A DNA stretch of 63,818 bases, the filler included, from Polymyxa betae A26-41 (taxonomy: Eukaryota; Protista; Endomyxa: Phytomyxea), in assembly GCA_003693705.1 (NCBI GenBank). It is 7 parts of 7 records of this genome, joined end to end, with 100 filler letters (N's around TTAATTAATTAA, not from the genome) between each part and the next. Parts side by side here need not be neighbours in the genome. Positions count along the whole stretch, not along the records: positions 1 to 18,068 come from RBZT01000225.1; 6 more parts are not named here. One strand, written 5' to 3'. The notes under the pieces are model-generated. The model had not been told where the DNA came from and did not search any database. It saw only the letters and a program-made list of their open reading frames with translations. Every line of letters starts with the position of its first letter. Position 1 is the first letter of the stretch. Position numbers and translations under genes: made by a program. Shown piece by piece: positions 1-13,264 of the stretch.

Positions 1-116
1 CTCTCATACCTTGGTAAACTCCGCGGCGGAGTTTTCATCCACCGTGGCTGTAGGCCATCACCCACTGGTTTCACAGTATAGTAATTCTGCGCGTCGGGGT
101 TCTCGGGCGACTTGGG

Positions 117-1550
117 TTGTTGTGGAGGCGCCACACTGCTGGAAGGTGTACAGATACTAGTCGAGTGTTGGCTCGCGGTGGCAGCGAGATTGTCTGTCGT
201 GTGAGCCTGTTCTCCTCCCCGCGTATAGACGTCTGTTATGCTCTCGGGATTGGACGCAATACCAACAAATGTACTGAAGACATCAAAGCAATCTGCAACT
301 CGTGTCTGCATTGCCTGCCGACTAGAGGAGGGGTACGGATTCCACGACCTTTAGGCACCAGGTCCATGAACAGCAACCAAACGATGTATTACATATGGAC
401 TGGATTTATATATGGCCAATGAAGAAGAATGGTATTCATGAATACCATTGGAATCTAATCTTGCGTGATGGCCTATCAGGAATGATAAAGATAACCCCCG
501 CAAAAATTCCTGAACCATCCGTGACTGTAGAAGCACTGTTGGAGTCGAGGGCTCTATTTGGATTGCCGAAAATTTTGGTCTCTGACATGGCTTCCTACTT
601 TGTCTCGACGACGATGAAAGAGTTTGCCGGAAGATGTAATGTGCACCAGCATATCACCGCGTCATACGGACACTATAACAATGGGACAATAGAGGTTGTC
701 AAGAAAATTTATTTAGCCTTAATAAGAGCTCTGTTGTCCGAGCTCAGTTGGGAGAAGGAGTACTGGCCATGGTGAAATCGTAATGTAGAACATACGATAA
801 ACCATCGAGGACAGAGCCGCTTGAACGGCCATGCGCCAGTTACCGTGATAACTGGATTGAAACCAGACAATCCATTAGATGAAATTTTAAGAAGTCTCAG
901 TACGACGCAGTTTTCCAAAAACCCCGTGGAAAAACCATTTATACAGAAGAAAATTGAAGAACTACGAAGTGGGCTAGAAGAAATGCATAAAGCTGGTACA
1001 GAAACATCCGAAAAACAGAGGACTTTGAAGAACAAGACTCAGAAGAAATACAGAAGAGAACAGAATTTTGGAGTTGGAGATTACGTCTTAGTTGGAGTAC
1101 CAGAACCGACAAAAATGGCAGGACGAAAACTGTTCTTGAAATGGCGAGGTCCATATCGGATCAGTGACAGTGAAGATAATTATGTGTTGGAAGTAGAAAA
1201 TATTATCGATCACAGTAAAAGACGGGTCCATGGCGACCGAATCCAGCTATATGCAGATGATAAGCTAAATGTCACAGAGGAAATACAAAAACAGTTTGCC
1301 CATGACAAATGAATCATATCAAGTAAATGATTTTATTAACTGCAGACTTAACACAGAAAGCGGGCAACTAGAGTTGCTGGTCGAATGGAAAGGATTTACA
1401 GAAGATGAGAATTCGTGGGAACACGGAAGATTTTGTTTGAAGACGTCCCCGAATTAGTGAAGAAATATCTGAAGAAAGTAGAAGATGAGAAATGTGCGTA
1501 CGCAGAAGAAGTTGATGACTTTGTTAGAAGTATCTCCAAAAAGTCTAACT
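117..1550 (+). mobile_element. Degenerate Ty3/Gypsy (chromovirus-like) integrase, GPY/F and chromodomain remnant
   Basis: Frameshifted ORFs: FGLPKILVSDMASYF...NGTIE (rve core), KWRGPYRI (GPY/F), LLVEWKGFTEDENSWE (chromodomain). Confidence 0.85.
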
Positions 1551-2042
1551 GAAAATCTACTATTGATTCCAAGCTTTTATCCCATGGGGTTTTAACGCGG
1601 AACTATAGCAAATGATCAATAAGTACTAAATTGAGGTAATAAGATGAACTGAAAAGATGATAATATTTTTTCGAAAAACACGAATTTTATGATGATTCAG
1701 AGGACCCTTATAGATGAAATCGATGAGCGCTATGAAGACTTGGGACGACCTTGACGAAAATTGATGATCAGATTTGATACAATGATGACTCCATGTTGGC
1801 TAATGGATGATGTTTGATGAATGTTAGAAGACGTGACGAACATAATTAGTTGAGCGCTGATGATTCAGGGTCCATGTACGAAAACCCTAAAACCCTAAAC
1901 GAAGTAATTGTTTTTAAGTCCTAACCCGATGTTGAAATACTCTTTCAAGTTCGGGAAATATCAGATCTTCGTGTTTTACTAATATAATTTTTATTAAAAT
2001 AAAAAGGTTGGAACTTACCAGTCATGAACAGACTGGTAGCCA

Positions 2043-2178
2043 AACCGGTTTGGGCAATCTGGTTTGGTTTGGAGGCCTACGGTTTCGGTTTGGTTTGGTT
2101 CCGATGTCCTGAAAGCGGTTTGGTTTGGTTTGGTTTGGTTGGGAGGTCCTCAAATCGGTTTCGAACCAAACCAAACCG
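2043..2178. repeat. GGTTT/AAACC short-repeat cluster, probably a DNA-transposon subterminal remnant
   Basis: Many GGTTT(G) units, switching to AAACC orientation at about 2163. Confidence 0.5.
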
Positions 2179-2379
2179 TGACGAGTGGTAGATAGACGAT
2201 GGTACGGGATAGACGACGATGATAGGATCGGCGTTAATCAGAATGGCTTGGAACCCTGGATGCCGAGGGTCGTATTCCCGGAGTCCGCGTCCTCTACCCT
2301 CCTGGGATAGGGCGAGTCTCGAATGTCGTGACTGTAGGGATGACATGATCATCCCCACTTTTAAGTCCTTGGCCTTGGC

Positions 2380-3125
2380 GCTTGCTGTTATGAGGACCGA
2401 GTTTGGACCGGTATCGGTGTGGAAGTCGTCGATATGGGGCTGTAGTATTGGGGGTCGGGTTCAGTGTTGAAGCAGATTCCCAGTTGCGCTCCTGGATGCC
2501 GAAACCCTTCCAGAGAATAGAATATTGTAGCTGTGATTTGTAAAATCATGAGTCCAGAATCCGCTCAACGTCGTAATACTCTTGATCCTCCGCATCGATC
2601 AGTACGGGTAGCGGAGGTGGTTGCCCGGTCTGGTAATGCGTTTGCAACTTGTTTTTCGAGATGGGAAACGTGGAAAAAGCGATGCAGGCGAGATTATACC
2701 GGAAGGTCAATTTCGTAGGCCCTGGAATACATTTGTCGAATGACGTTATAAGGTCCTAGAAACACGAATTCAAGTCTGATAGATGGGGGGTTGGTGGGTA
2801 TATCTCCTGAGCCAAATGAGATCATCTGGTTGGTATTCCGGGGAAGGCATGCGCTTCGCTTTCGCCCAGCGCTCCATGATATGTTGAGAATTCTTCAGTT
2901 TCGCCTCTAAATAGGTTCGAATGGCTTGAATGTGTTCGGCGAGCTGGTCCGCGGTGGGGTTGGGTTTGGAGACAACCGTGGCCAGTATATCGTGAAATTG
3001 AGGATGAAAACCTTAATTAGCGTAGAAGGGCGACATGCCGATCGAGGAATGAAGAGTGTTATTATAGGCAAATTCTGCGAATGGAAGGAGGTCGAACCAA
3101 TTGTCCTGTAGAATGTCGGCGTAGC
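2380..3125 (-). mobile_element. Gypsy (Tf/sushi-type) integrase C-terminus, GPY/F and chromodomain remnant
   Basis: Minus strand reads [31 protein letters not shown], then FLGPYNVI...AYEIDLP and a decayed chromodomain. Confidence 0.8.
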
Positions 3126-3341
3126 ACCTTGTAGTTAAACCTGGGGCGATCATGAAAAATGTTTTTTACAATGATGCTTGTTTGCAATGTGCACACCAAT
3201 TAAAAGTAGCGCCCATTTTTGTATGTAATTAGAGTGGTTTGCCGATATCAGTGAAACCACAATTATAGTGCGATAGAAGTTAGCGAATACTAAATTGAAT
3301 TATTTTGACAGAGCTGGGTTCAGGCCAGGGCTTTAATGGAG

Positions 3342-3870
3342 TCAACTCGTAGAGGGTCCATTTTCAAAGAGGATGTGAAATAATGTATACAAAAAGTCAA
3401 CTTCTTTGATCATTGACATCAAAACACATTTTGCAAATTTGGCAAATAGCCCATTCTGTCTGAGGCGAGACAGCACTAGTCGAAAGTCTACGATGTGGTC
3501 AGATACTGTTGCAGAATAGATCAGAATATCATGGAGAGAAACGACCACACATTTACCAGTATGTCACGAAATATGTCGTTCATCAGATGTTGAAAACCTG
3601 CCGGAGTGTTCGGCAATCTCAAAAACATAACTAAGCATTCGAAGAGTCCAAAAACTGTTCGGAACTCCATTCATGTCTCTCGTTTAGGCGACCCAGATTA
3701 GAAGCTCCATTCAGGTCGATCTTTGTGAAAATCTTTCCAAAACAGGCGCCAGAGAGCAAGGTAGAAATTAGCAGAAGTGGGTATCTGTTCAGATAAATTC
3801 GGCGATAATCCTCACACAAGCGAAGGGTTTTGCCACTTTTTGGCACAAACATTACCATGGAGCTACTCCC
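3342..3870 (-). mobile_element. Gypsy reverse transcriptase remnant
   Basis: FVPKSGKTLRLCEDYRR...RYPL...FTKIDL, and [11 protein letters not shown] (decayed YxDD)...LRQNGLFAKFAKC. Confidence 0.85.
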
Positions 3871-4178
3871 ACTGATTGTTCCGTATTACCCGAGCCAACA
3901 TAAGGTCGATATTGCAGAACTCGTCCGCTTCTTAAAAAGGCACCCGTACACGACGATGCTCGGTCTCGCTTTCGTTCCGGCTTACAGGAAGAACAGGAAC
4001 GTACTGTATTCGATCTGTATTCTTGATCAAACATGTCCAACGACCAGTCGAATACATCGAGTCCGTTCGATGCGACCGTATCGCGCCATCCGCCTTACAT
4101 GATCGTACCGCAGCCCCTTTTACGATCCCTCTAACGCGAACTCGTAATGAATTAGACCTTATTCCGTCCGCACTCGTC

Positions 4179-7100
4179 GAGAAAATATAAATTGACCTTC
4201 GATTGACCTTCGCCCTACGAATTGACCTACTGCCTGCACTTTCTCCCGGTGTAGTTGAATGACCTACTATTTGACCTACTGGTGCCAAATGACCTACTAT
4301 TTTGACCAACTGGCACCACTTGACCTACGGAATGACCTATCAACCCTAACCCTAACAAACCCTAACCTTAACAGTTAATTTTCTGTATACAAAGCATGAT
4401 CTTTTTATCCAATTCAAGGCTGCGTTGAATATCTTTTTCGTACCATACGATCCAAAACACCGATACAATTCTTCTGAATTGGATGCTCTACGAGGTTTTT
4501 ACTGCTAACATGCCAGCTCCGGCAAATCAGTCGATAATTCTCGATGGTTATACATGTGTACAATCGAACAGGTTCTAAAGGAAACCAAATTCTACCGATG
4601 TAGCAAGTATCGGGTAACGTAAAAGCGAACCGAAGGGTGCCCTGCTAGCATCACTATTAACCCGTATGGCTCATTGTTAAGCGGATGCCTTGCCGAACAC
4701 CACAACTGCCTTCGTGTGAATGCCGATGTTGTTATTGTCAAAGATGAGGTAGCAACTTTAAACGAAATCAACATGAAATGATGACAAATGTGCAGATGCG
4801 GACCATGATTGACAATCTGGCGGCAACACAACGATATCTGACTGCAACCGAGATATGGGAGCAAGTCTGGAATGCAGTTATCACGAAGTACGACAGTGTC
4901 CCTTCTTATCCTCTAAAAAAAAGGAAATCATGCCCCGAGTTCATTACGTCAGGAATGTAGGACCGATTGCACGACATAGAGCAACGAGCTTTGGCATTGT
5001 TATCAGACGAAAGAGCGCCATATCTTGCTTTCAATTCTCCAGTGTTTGAAGGCACTGTACAGCATCGAACTGCTGGTTGGGGACATCCTGGGCTCAGCAA
5101 TCTTTTGAAAACTCCAAACGCCCACATCGTTATGGATACCACATTTCGAGTGGATCCCAAACCATTTAGCCAGCTTCTGATCATAATGATTCGGGATTTT
5201 CTTACAGATTTGTATATACCGGTATCTTATGTGTTAATGACCGGAAAATCGGCCATCCTATATCGTTTCTGATTCAATATGATCAGCACAGTGGATGGAG
5301 TTTCCTTGAAACCTGGACTTGTTTATTGCGGCTTCGAGAAAGGAATAATTTCTGCAGTAAAGGGAAAGGCTCTTCCTAAGCAAGATCTCAGTTTCATGAG
5401 TATTGTAGATGTCATGGGTCCCACGACTTCGATTATAGGCTATTTGTTGCACTGGAAGCAAGCAAACGGTCGGAAACTGGAAAGCCTGAAAATGGATGAT
5501 GTTCTTATTAGCAAACGGATGTCCAAGGACATGCTGGACACACTCTCGTTAATCCCTCACGAGGAAATTGACACCATCGGATTCTCTTATATAAGGTCGA
5601 AATTACAGCTGGATCAAGAGCAAGGGGAAATCATTGATAGGTTCTTTGATTATCTTAAACGAACATGGCTAGGTTAATATTCACAGGGAAACTGGAATAT
5701 CAACAAGATCTTGGATGTAAACAAAACTTTGGCCAACCGGAACAATAACCCATTGGAAAATTCCAACCGCAGACTAAATCGTCTAATGGGTAACCGCCAT
5801 CCAAATTTGGAAGATTTTGGTTTTAAGTTAAGAACGGATGCCGAGAAAACTTTTCAAGATTATCAAAATTGCCAAGCTGTCATTTGTTTTCTACTTCAGC
5901 ACGCAAGAGTGATGTCGTGCTCTCCCAGCAATATCCCAAACGACTATATGAAATTCAAAGAGGCATACCAAATAGTCCATAACCGGCCACACAACCCAAA
6001 CTCTCATATCTCCGAATCAGGTATGCTGAACTTGAATCCAGCGGTATCTTTACTGATTCACTGATGTAGCTGTTGTTGAAGCGGGAAGCAGATCTGTCCA
6101 ACAAAATCGTCCTGCAGCATTAGCGATTGACCATATTCCTTCACAAAATGCATCTTCCAGAAATATTGATGGTTCACTCTCCAGACCGGCCGCAAATCAG
6201 ATTTTATCTCCTACAGAGAGACGTTTCCGAACACCAACTGTCATCGTCACATGAACATTGTTCAGGACAAACTGACCATATATTGCAGAATGATGAGGTC
6301 TCGCAGATGAACAATAGCGATCGCGATTTTGACTCCATTGGTATTACAAAATTACCGTATTTTTTTGTCAATTCGCGATTCTTAAATATCATGTGTGTAG
6401 AAGTTGAAGATCTGCTAACATTCAACTTATCGGTGCTCCGCCATTTGATCCGTTGCCAATCATATGCTCGACGCAACAGGAAACAGCACTTCCACTCAGC
6501 TAAGCCCCCATTGTTGATATAACAAGAAAACGTCCTAAAGCAGGCAACCTCAAACGTGGCCCCTCACGGTGTTCTGTTCGGTCCCTTGGTAATCATTCAA
6601 AATCATATGAGAACATTGGCGGGAAATCCAAGAATGCATTGCCAAGAGCGCAACGGAACGATTTGGGGATTGCATTTCTTTAACATCGGGTTTTTCAGCT
6701 TGTAGGTCAACCAGACATTTACTGTTGTATGAACCTATCAAAGCAACACTCTACGCGTAATGGAGACTGCTCACCATATTCGTGATCATTGTGAATGTTC
6801 TTGGCCTGAAGCTGAAGCCCCCACATTGGAAAACATAATTCCTGCTACTGCAGAATCGGCAAAACCTGAACCAGGTAACGAATGATCTTATTTTTATTGC
6901 TAACGCAGCCAATGAAGTCGTTTCTTGGGAGGTTTGTTGTACACTTTGCAATTAGACAAAATGTAAATTTCGGAACACTTAAAAAACACTTTAGACTTTA
7001 GAACTTAATAATCACAGTTTCTGACGGCGATAATACTTTTCAATAAATTATCGATGAGTTTAAAAGTTCACTATCAAACTGATTAGCTTGAGTAATATAC

Positions 7101-8490
7101 GAAGTTGACCATATTTTGTTGTCGGCTGACAAAGTACAGTTACAGCTCCGGATTTGGACGGTGATGTCCGTGTTGGATCCAATGAAGGATCGGTCCTTAT
7201 CTTTTCCGACCGTGAAAGTAATGAACCTCACTATAAGTGTTCTCTGGATTAATGAAAGTTCAGAGCGTATGCGGGCACAGCTCAGAGATGCGAAGGAATA
7301 CAGAGCCAGACTAAAACCGCGGTAAGACGTTCCTCCGGAAAAATACTGCGCAAACTTTGTTCAATTCACAAACAAATTTTCATTTTGTAAATCAGTAAAG
7401 ATTTACGGGCAGGGAACATGATCTTCTACTGGAGACCGGGCGGCATCGCTGCGATGGATGATAATCAAAGATTCGCCACAATTTTACAGGTGAATAATTG
7501 ATGCAGTTTGTAAATCAAGGATTATACTTAGTGTAAAGCTGCAAGTATACAGCGAGCAGGAAATTGCGGAAGGTGGAATTGGGTATTGCTTTGATTTGAC
7601 AGCAGGGGAGCCATTGACAGAACGCGACTATGTGAATTCGCAATCATTATTTTGTAGCCTCTGTTTACATTGTGATTCAGATAAGGCGGTTAGATCCACC
7701 TGACAATAGGATGAGGCCCATCTCGTTTTTTACTCGAATTCCGTCACAAATCGTTGGTGAAGGGCTGAGATTATCTGACACAGTGCGAGAATCGATCGAA
7801 GATCATAAAAACCTGCTTAGACAAGACCCGGATATTGCACCATTTGTAAATGACATGTTTGCCGATAGAAGGGTACGCAAAGGCCAACTACATAGTTTAG
7901 GTACTCGTTACTCCCTTTTAACATTCAGACAGCACGCGGCTCTTCGACAGCACGATCGAAGAAAAGATCGCGAACAACCCACAGTCGAACAATAAGCGAT
8001 GCTCGAAGTCGTAAACAGTCCCGACTGTCACAGGAGGCTCAGAACGTCTGGCGTACAAGATCTGCCCGATTAACCAGGTGAGCTCAGATTCTTTGCATTG
8101 ATTATATAAAACCTTTTGACATACTTAGGAGAACTGCAATTTCTTCATCATCGGAGGAGAGCAGCGGGTAGCCAGTATTGTTGTCCAAAGAGATGGCTAA
8201 CCGGAAACGCACATCATTTTACAAAAAAAATTCAGAATGCTTGTTGACCCAGGGATATTAAATGTACGATGCTGGAATCGTGCATGGACAAAGCCCTAGC
8301 AACTAGAGACACGACATGAAACAGGAGTATTGATAGTTAGGGTTAGGGTCTGATAGGTCATTCAGTCGGTCAAACTGAGGTCATTGGCACTAGTAAGGCA
8401 CATAGGTCATTAAACTACGCCGGGAAAAAGTGCGCGCAGTAGGTCTATTCATAGGGCGAAGGTCAATCAAAGGTCAATTTAATATCAACC
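4179..8490 (+). mobile_element. Mutator-like (MULE) element with long degenerate TIRs
   Basis: 4179-4370 matches the reverse complement of 8330-8490 (TAAATTGACCTT-GATTGACCTTCGCCCTA...GACCTATCA-ACCCTAACCCTAAC). A transposase remnant lies inside. No TSD found. Confidence 0.75.
4500..6064 (+). pseudogene. MULE transposase pseudogene
   Basis: HIVMDTTFRVDPKPFSQLLII...IPVSYVLMTGKS, CGFEKGIISAV, HWKQA, FFDYLKRTWL, NRNNNPLENSNRRLN; broken by stops and frameshifts. Confidence 0.85.
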
Positions 8491-8669
8491 TTCCTGTGTC
8501 GTGTAACCTACTATGCAGTAGAGCACGAAGTCCTCCCCATGAACAAGCGCCGTAATCGTTCTGTATGAACGGCCAGAAACCGACACGGAGTTCGTGTCAC
8601 AGTCTCGGATATCTTGTGATGACAGCAAGCAATTCCGTCAACAGGTCCATCGAGAAGCACCTCTTTTTT

Positions 8670-8767
8670 ATAGTAAAGCCTTTCCTTAAAATGTCTTCTA
8701 TACACTTGCGCAATGAATAGGTTTCAAATTTTGGACAGCTGATGGACGGGTCCCCAAGAAGGGAGTT
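8670..8767 (-). mobile_element. Gypsy RT N-terminal remnant (downstream flank of the 8773-12908 insertion)
   Basis: LPSWGPVHQLSK...LRKCIEDILRKGF continues YDCTIDLQEGK from the far side of the insertion. Confidence 0.7.
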
Positions 8768-8772
8768 TTCCT

Positions 8773-9058
8773 AAACAAAGAACAAGCGACAGCGATGAGA
8801 GGGGACTAAATCGAACAAAAATAGAAATCAAGAAGCAGAGATCAGAGAGAATTCGTTATGTTTTATTCATTCATCAAAGTTGTTGGAAGTCGTTTCTGCC
8901 AGCAGAGCATGACCAGTTGCAATGCAGGACTTGACAGGAGTTGCCTTGCAGAACATGAGTGCAGTTGCCATGCATTTACCAGGAGTAAAATATCCGTAAT
9001 AAAATTCTCAATGATATAACAATGATATGTTTTTTTTTTAATGCGAAACCTGCTAACT
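8773..9058 (-). repeat. 3' LTR (termini AGTT...GTTT)
   Basis: Direct repeat of 12635-12908, adjacent to the PPT and TSD. Confidence 0.9.
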
Positions 9059-12000
9059 CCCCCCTTCGACGGGAAGGTCGTCAAAATCGGCTCGTGATAC
9101 CATTCCAATACGAGCACGAAGCTCCTGAAATTTAGTACGACCCAAAGGCTTAGTAAAGATATCGGCCATATTTGGCTAGTAGGGATATACTGAGTTTTAA
9201 GTTGGTTTTGTTCAACAAGACGTATAAACTAATGTCTCAGAGCCATATGTCTCATTTTAAATGAGCGATTTCATCCATACTAAAGGCAATAGAGCCAAGA
9301 TTATCTTGGCGAAGTACAGGTGGCTCATTTTGAGGATAACCTAATTAACTAAGAACATTACGCAACCAAGTAGCTTCAGTAACAGCAGCACTAGCAGCAA
9401 TTGTTTCAGCCTCTCAAGATGATAATGCTGGAGATCGCTGAAGCTTGGACTAGTAAGAAATGAAGTTGTTATCAATGCAATACATATATCCCGTAGTCGA
9501 ACAGCGGTTGTCAAGATCACCGGCCCAATCAGGATCAGAAAATCCATGCAAAACAATAATTCCGAAACGAGAATAGACCAAACCTAATGTTCGAGTACCA
9601 TTCAGATTCCTCAAAAGTCGTTTAAGAGCTACAAAATGTAATGGTCCAGGATTGGAATCGAATTTGCACAGCTGACCAAGAGCAAAGGCTATATCAGGTC
9701 TAGTAAATCGCAGAAAAAGAAGTTGGCCAACAACGGAGCGGTAGTCGATTCGCTGTTGCTCGTGCTCACTAAAATACGAACTTCGTCTGTCTTCGGAGGC
9801 ATATCTTTAGACAAATTTTGAGATTTTCTGAAGCTGGTGTTCGCTAGGGACGTGACTCCTCCATGTTAGTCGACTTCAAGATGGCGTTTAGATATTTAGT
9901 CTGATGCAAAGACACTCGTCCACGTTCAGAATCGTGTACAATCACAATCCCAATAAATTTAGAAAGACCACCAAGCTTGACCATTTCAAAACGACATGTC
10001 AGGGGATGTTCAAATTTCAAAAAAAAGCTCAGGATGACCCATCAGTTGAAGATCATCAACGTACTGACCAACGATAACAAAACGACGACCTTGCTGTCGG
10101 ATATACAGGCAGGTGGTTGACTTTAATCTTGTAAATCCTATTTCAAGTAAAAATTTGTCTATCACCTTATGCCATTCATGTGGCGCTTTAGGTAAACCTT
10201 AGAGTGATTTTTCCCACTTTACAAAACGAGAAGCTGAATGACGTCCAGGCGGGTTGTACATATAAATATCCTCTTTGATTTCTCCACTGAGGAAAGCTGA
10301 AACAGCATCCTTCTGCTCTGCAACAAGTTCTGGGTCATGACCTAAGAGTGTTACAAGTAAACGAACAAGTTCTCCTCGGACGACAGGAGCGTAAATATTC
10401 TGATGTGTATCTGGACTTTTTTGGTCTCCGCGAACACAAAGGCGCGCCTTATAACGAACAGCGACACCATTTGCGAGAGTAAGAACATTCCAGCCTGGCT
10501 CAATTGGTGTACCGCTGATATCCTTCAGCTGAAATACCCATGTACTGCAAACAGGTTTTGTTCCCGAGGGAGCCGAATCACAGTTTCTGAAGGTGCGTCG
10601 GATTTCTAAGCAACTGTGCTCTTTCTGTATGGCCTGCATCCAAAGTGGACATTGTCTGGCGTCTTTAAAGCTCTTAGGCAAAAAGGGCATCTTTGAGTGT
10701 TTGATTTCCGATGAAATTTGATTAATCTAATAATCATATCACCGTACAACTGCTTATGACGACGGCTACGTTTCAACGTAAATGAGATTCAGTATTAATA
10801 CAATGGGGTTCGGTCTCAACAGAACTTTCGCGATAGTCTGTGTCATCAGTATATTCTGGCTCAGTAGGTAATGCAAGAGCTTCAGATGATTCTCGAGAGC
10901 TAAAACTATTTTCATGGAAGTCGACGTCCCGATGGACTGAAGTGCGACCAGTCTGTGGATTATATAAAAGATATCCTTTTCGATGATCACCGACAAAAAA
11001 TGTTTTTGCGCTTGTGGATCCAGTTTGGTTCCGCCGTATATTTTGGCGAAGGCATCACAGCCAAATATACGAAGGTATATGAAAAAAATGTTATGGAGAG
11101 ATTACCCCAATCAATCCGAGGGTTTTGTAGTTTGAGCCATGACATTCCGAGAATGACTGGAAAGTGAAGCGAACGAATAATATTAAAGGAAATTTATTCG
11201 ATATGCTTACTATTAACAAAACTCATTACAGCAGGTTCGGTTTCAAAAATTATTGGAGCTAAAGTTCGTCCGTCAATAACCCTAACTTCAACTTGCTTCC
11301 TTTTCTGTAACAAAGGTGTATGATTCGTGCGCGCAAAGTTGATATCCAGAAAACAAGACGAGGCACCGTTATCAATAAGAGCGAATGTAGATATATCATG
11401 CAATATAATAGGAATAACAAAATTTGCTGCAGGAAGAGTGGTGGAAACAACAATATCAGAGACACAGATGGAATTAATAGAGCATGTCGCTGGTTTATTC
11501 TGAGGCAGTAACGACCGTCAACTTAGCTCTGCCATTAAGCTTTTTTACTGCTGATCGCGTCGAGTTTGTGCTATTATCGCCTTCTCACAGTACGAAGGAA
11601 TATGTCCTTGTGCCCCACAATAGAGACAGAGTCCATTTTCCAAACGATATTTCCGTTTTTCCGGAGAGAGTTTACCGTGAGGGCCGCGCGGAGATGAACG
11701 ACCAAGCTCCAGTCGAATTTTCTTTGTAATCAAGGTATCAATTTCCATGGGAGTTATGTCTGATGTTGAAATAGAAGATTGCTGAAGTCTGCTGTTGACT
11801 GAATTCGCGAGTATGCCTTCTTAACCTGCAGGATCAATGTAGCCAAATCTTGCGGTTCATCGAATGTTGTGAGAAGGCTGTTTATATCCTTAGGCATGGC
11901 TTGCTTAAAAGCATCCATCGCAGCGATATCATTCCAACCAAAGTCAGCAACAAATATTTCAGATTCTGACGCAAAATCGGGAATTGATCGCCTCCCCAAT

Positions 12001-12634
12001 TGGCCATTACGAATTTATTTTGCAGCTTGAGACTTCCGTAAAGAATCTCGAAAACGTTCTTTGAAATCCTTAATGAATGTCATAATTGTGCATCAATGGA
12101 CTTGATTCAGAAGATGACCTGCTTTCGTAGATAGGATTCCACCAGCGTTTGGCAGTTTCCTTTAACAGACTTCCCACAAGAAGAATGCGAGCACGGTGAT
12201 CATTCGGAGGATATGTGCGAGATTGACGTTCAAGCCAGGGCAATGTCGTTGAGGAATCCTCTCAATTCACTAGGATTTCCTCGAAATAGCTGAGGAAGTT
12301 AGACTTTCGGATCAGGAAGTAAAGCCACCGAGTTAGTAGCTTGTTGCATCTGAAGAAGCTTGCTGCGTAACTCAGTATTTTCATTTGTAAGTGCATAAAA
12401 TTTTGAATCTAAACCAGCAAGATAATTCCGTAGCTGACGTGGGTCTTGTACCTTAATAAAATCCGACATGGCAGAAAGAGTCAGGAAATAAGTCAGAACA
12501 AAAATAAAGAAAGGTTCAGAACGAAGAGAGAATTGACAACAAATATCTATGTGGGGTTCGAGGAAGAGCGAGATCAGTGACGTCGTACAGGATCAGTGAG
12601 TACTATAAACTAGATGAGGGCTGGGCCCATAACC

Positions 12635-12908
12635 AAACAGAGAACAAGCGACCGAGATGAGAGGGGACTAAATCGCACAAAGACAGAAATCAAGAAGCAG
12701 AGATTAGAGAGAATTCGTTAGGTTTTATTCATTCATCAAAGTTGTTGAAGTCGTTTCTGCAATGCAGAGCATGACAGCGGTTGCAATGCAGGACTTGGCA
12801 GGAGTTGCCATGCAGAGCATGAGTGCAGTTGCCATGCATTTACCAGGCGCAAAATATCCGTAATAAAATTAACAAAGATATTTTTTTTAAACGCGAAACC
12901 TGCTAACT
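12635..12908 (-). repeat. 5' LTR
   Basis: Direct repeat of 8773-9058, immediately followed by the PBS. Confidence 0.9.
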
Positions 12909-12913
12909 TTCCT

Positions 12914-13230
12914 TCTTGTAAATCTATCGTACAATCATAGAGGCAGACTATATCTGAGGTCTCAGAGAAAAAGTCCAGAATCAGAATATTTTTCTGAAAT
13001 GATGATGGGTTCGCTGTGTAGATGTTCACTGCGGATAAGCGAAAGTAGAGAAATAAGCGGGACCTTTTCTGGAGGAAATGGAATTGTCTTTGAACACCAT
13101 TCGATTTGAGGGTTATGTTGCATAAACCTGTCGAATCCAAGAATCAATCATATGCAGATCTTGAGAACAGAGAATAACACCAGGCAGACGATGTCGTTAA
13201 AGGTTATGTGAATTCTTACTTCGGAAGAGC
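12914..13230 (-). mobile_element. Gypsy protease end and PR-RT linker remnant
   Basis: ILGFDRFMQHNPQIEW and YDCTIDLQEGK. Confidence 0.7.
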
Positions 13231-13264
13231 TCAATAATGTCGTTTTGTTATTAAATGAACAACT

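Larger units (their letters stand above)
8773..12908 (-). mobile_element. Chimeric LTR retrotransposon: Gypsy-type gag-PR plus Copia-type RT-RNase H, integrase core absent
   Basis: LTRs 8773-9058 and 12635-12908; TSD TTCCT (8768-8772, 12909-12913); PBS GGTTATGGGCCCAGC (12620-12634); PPT GAAGGGGGG (9059-9067); decayed coding sequence. Confidence 0.85.

Noticed and set aside
4341-4370. True telomere
   Set aside because: Only a few degenerate units, internal to a TIR.
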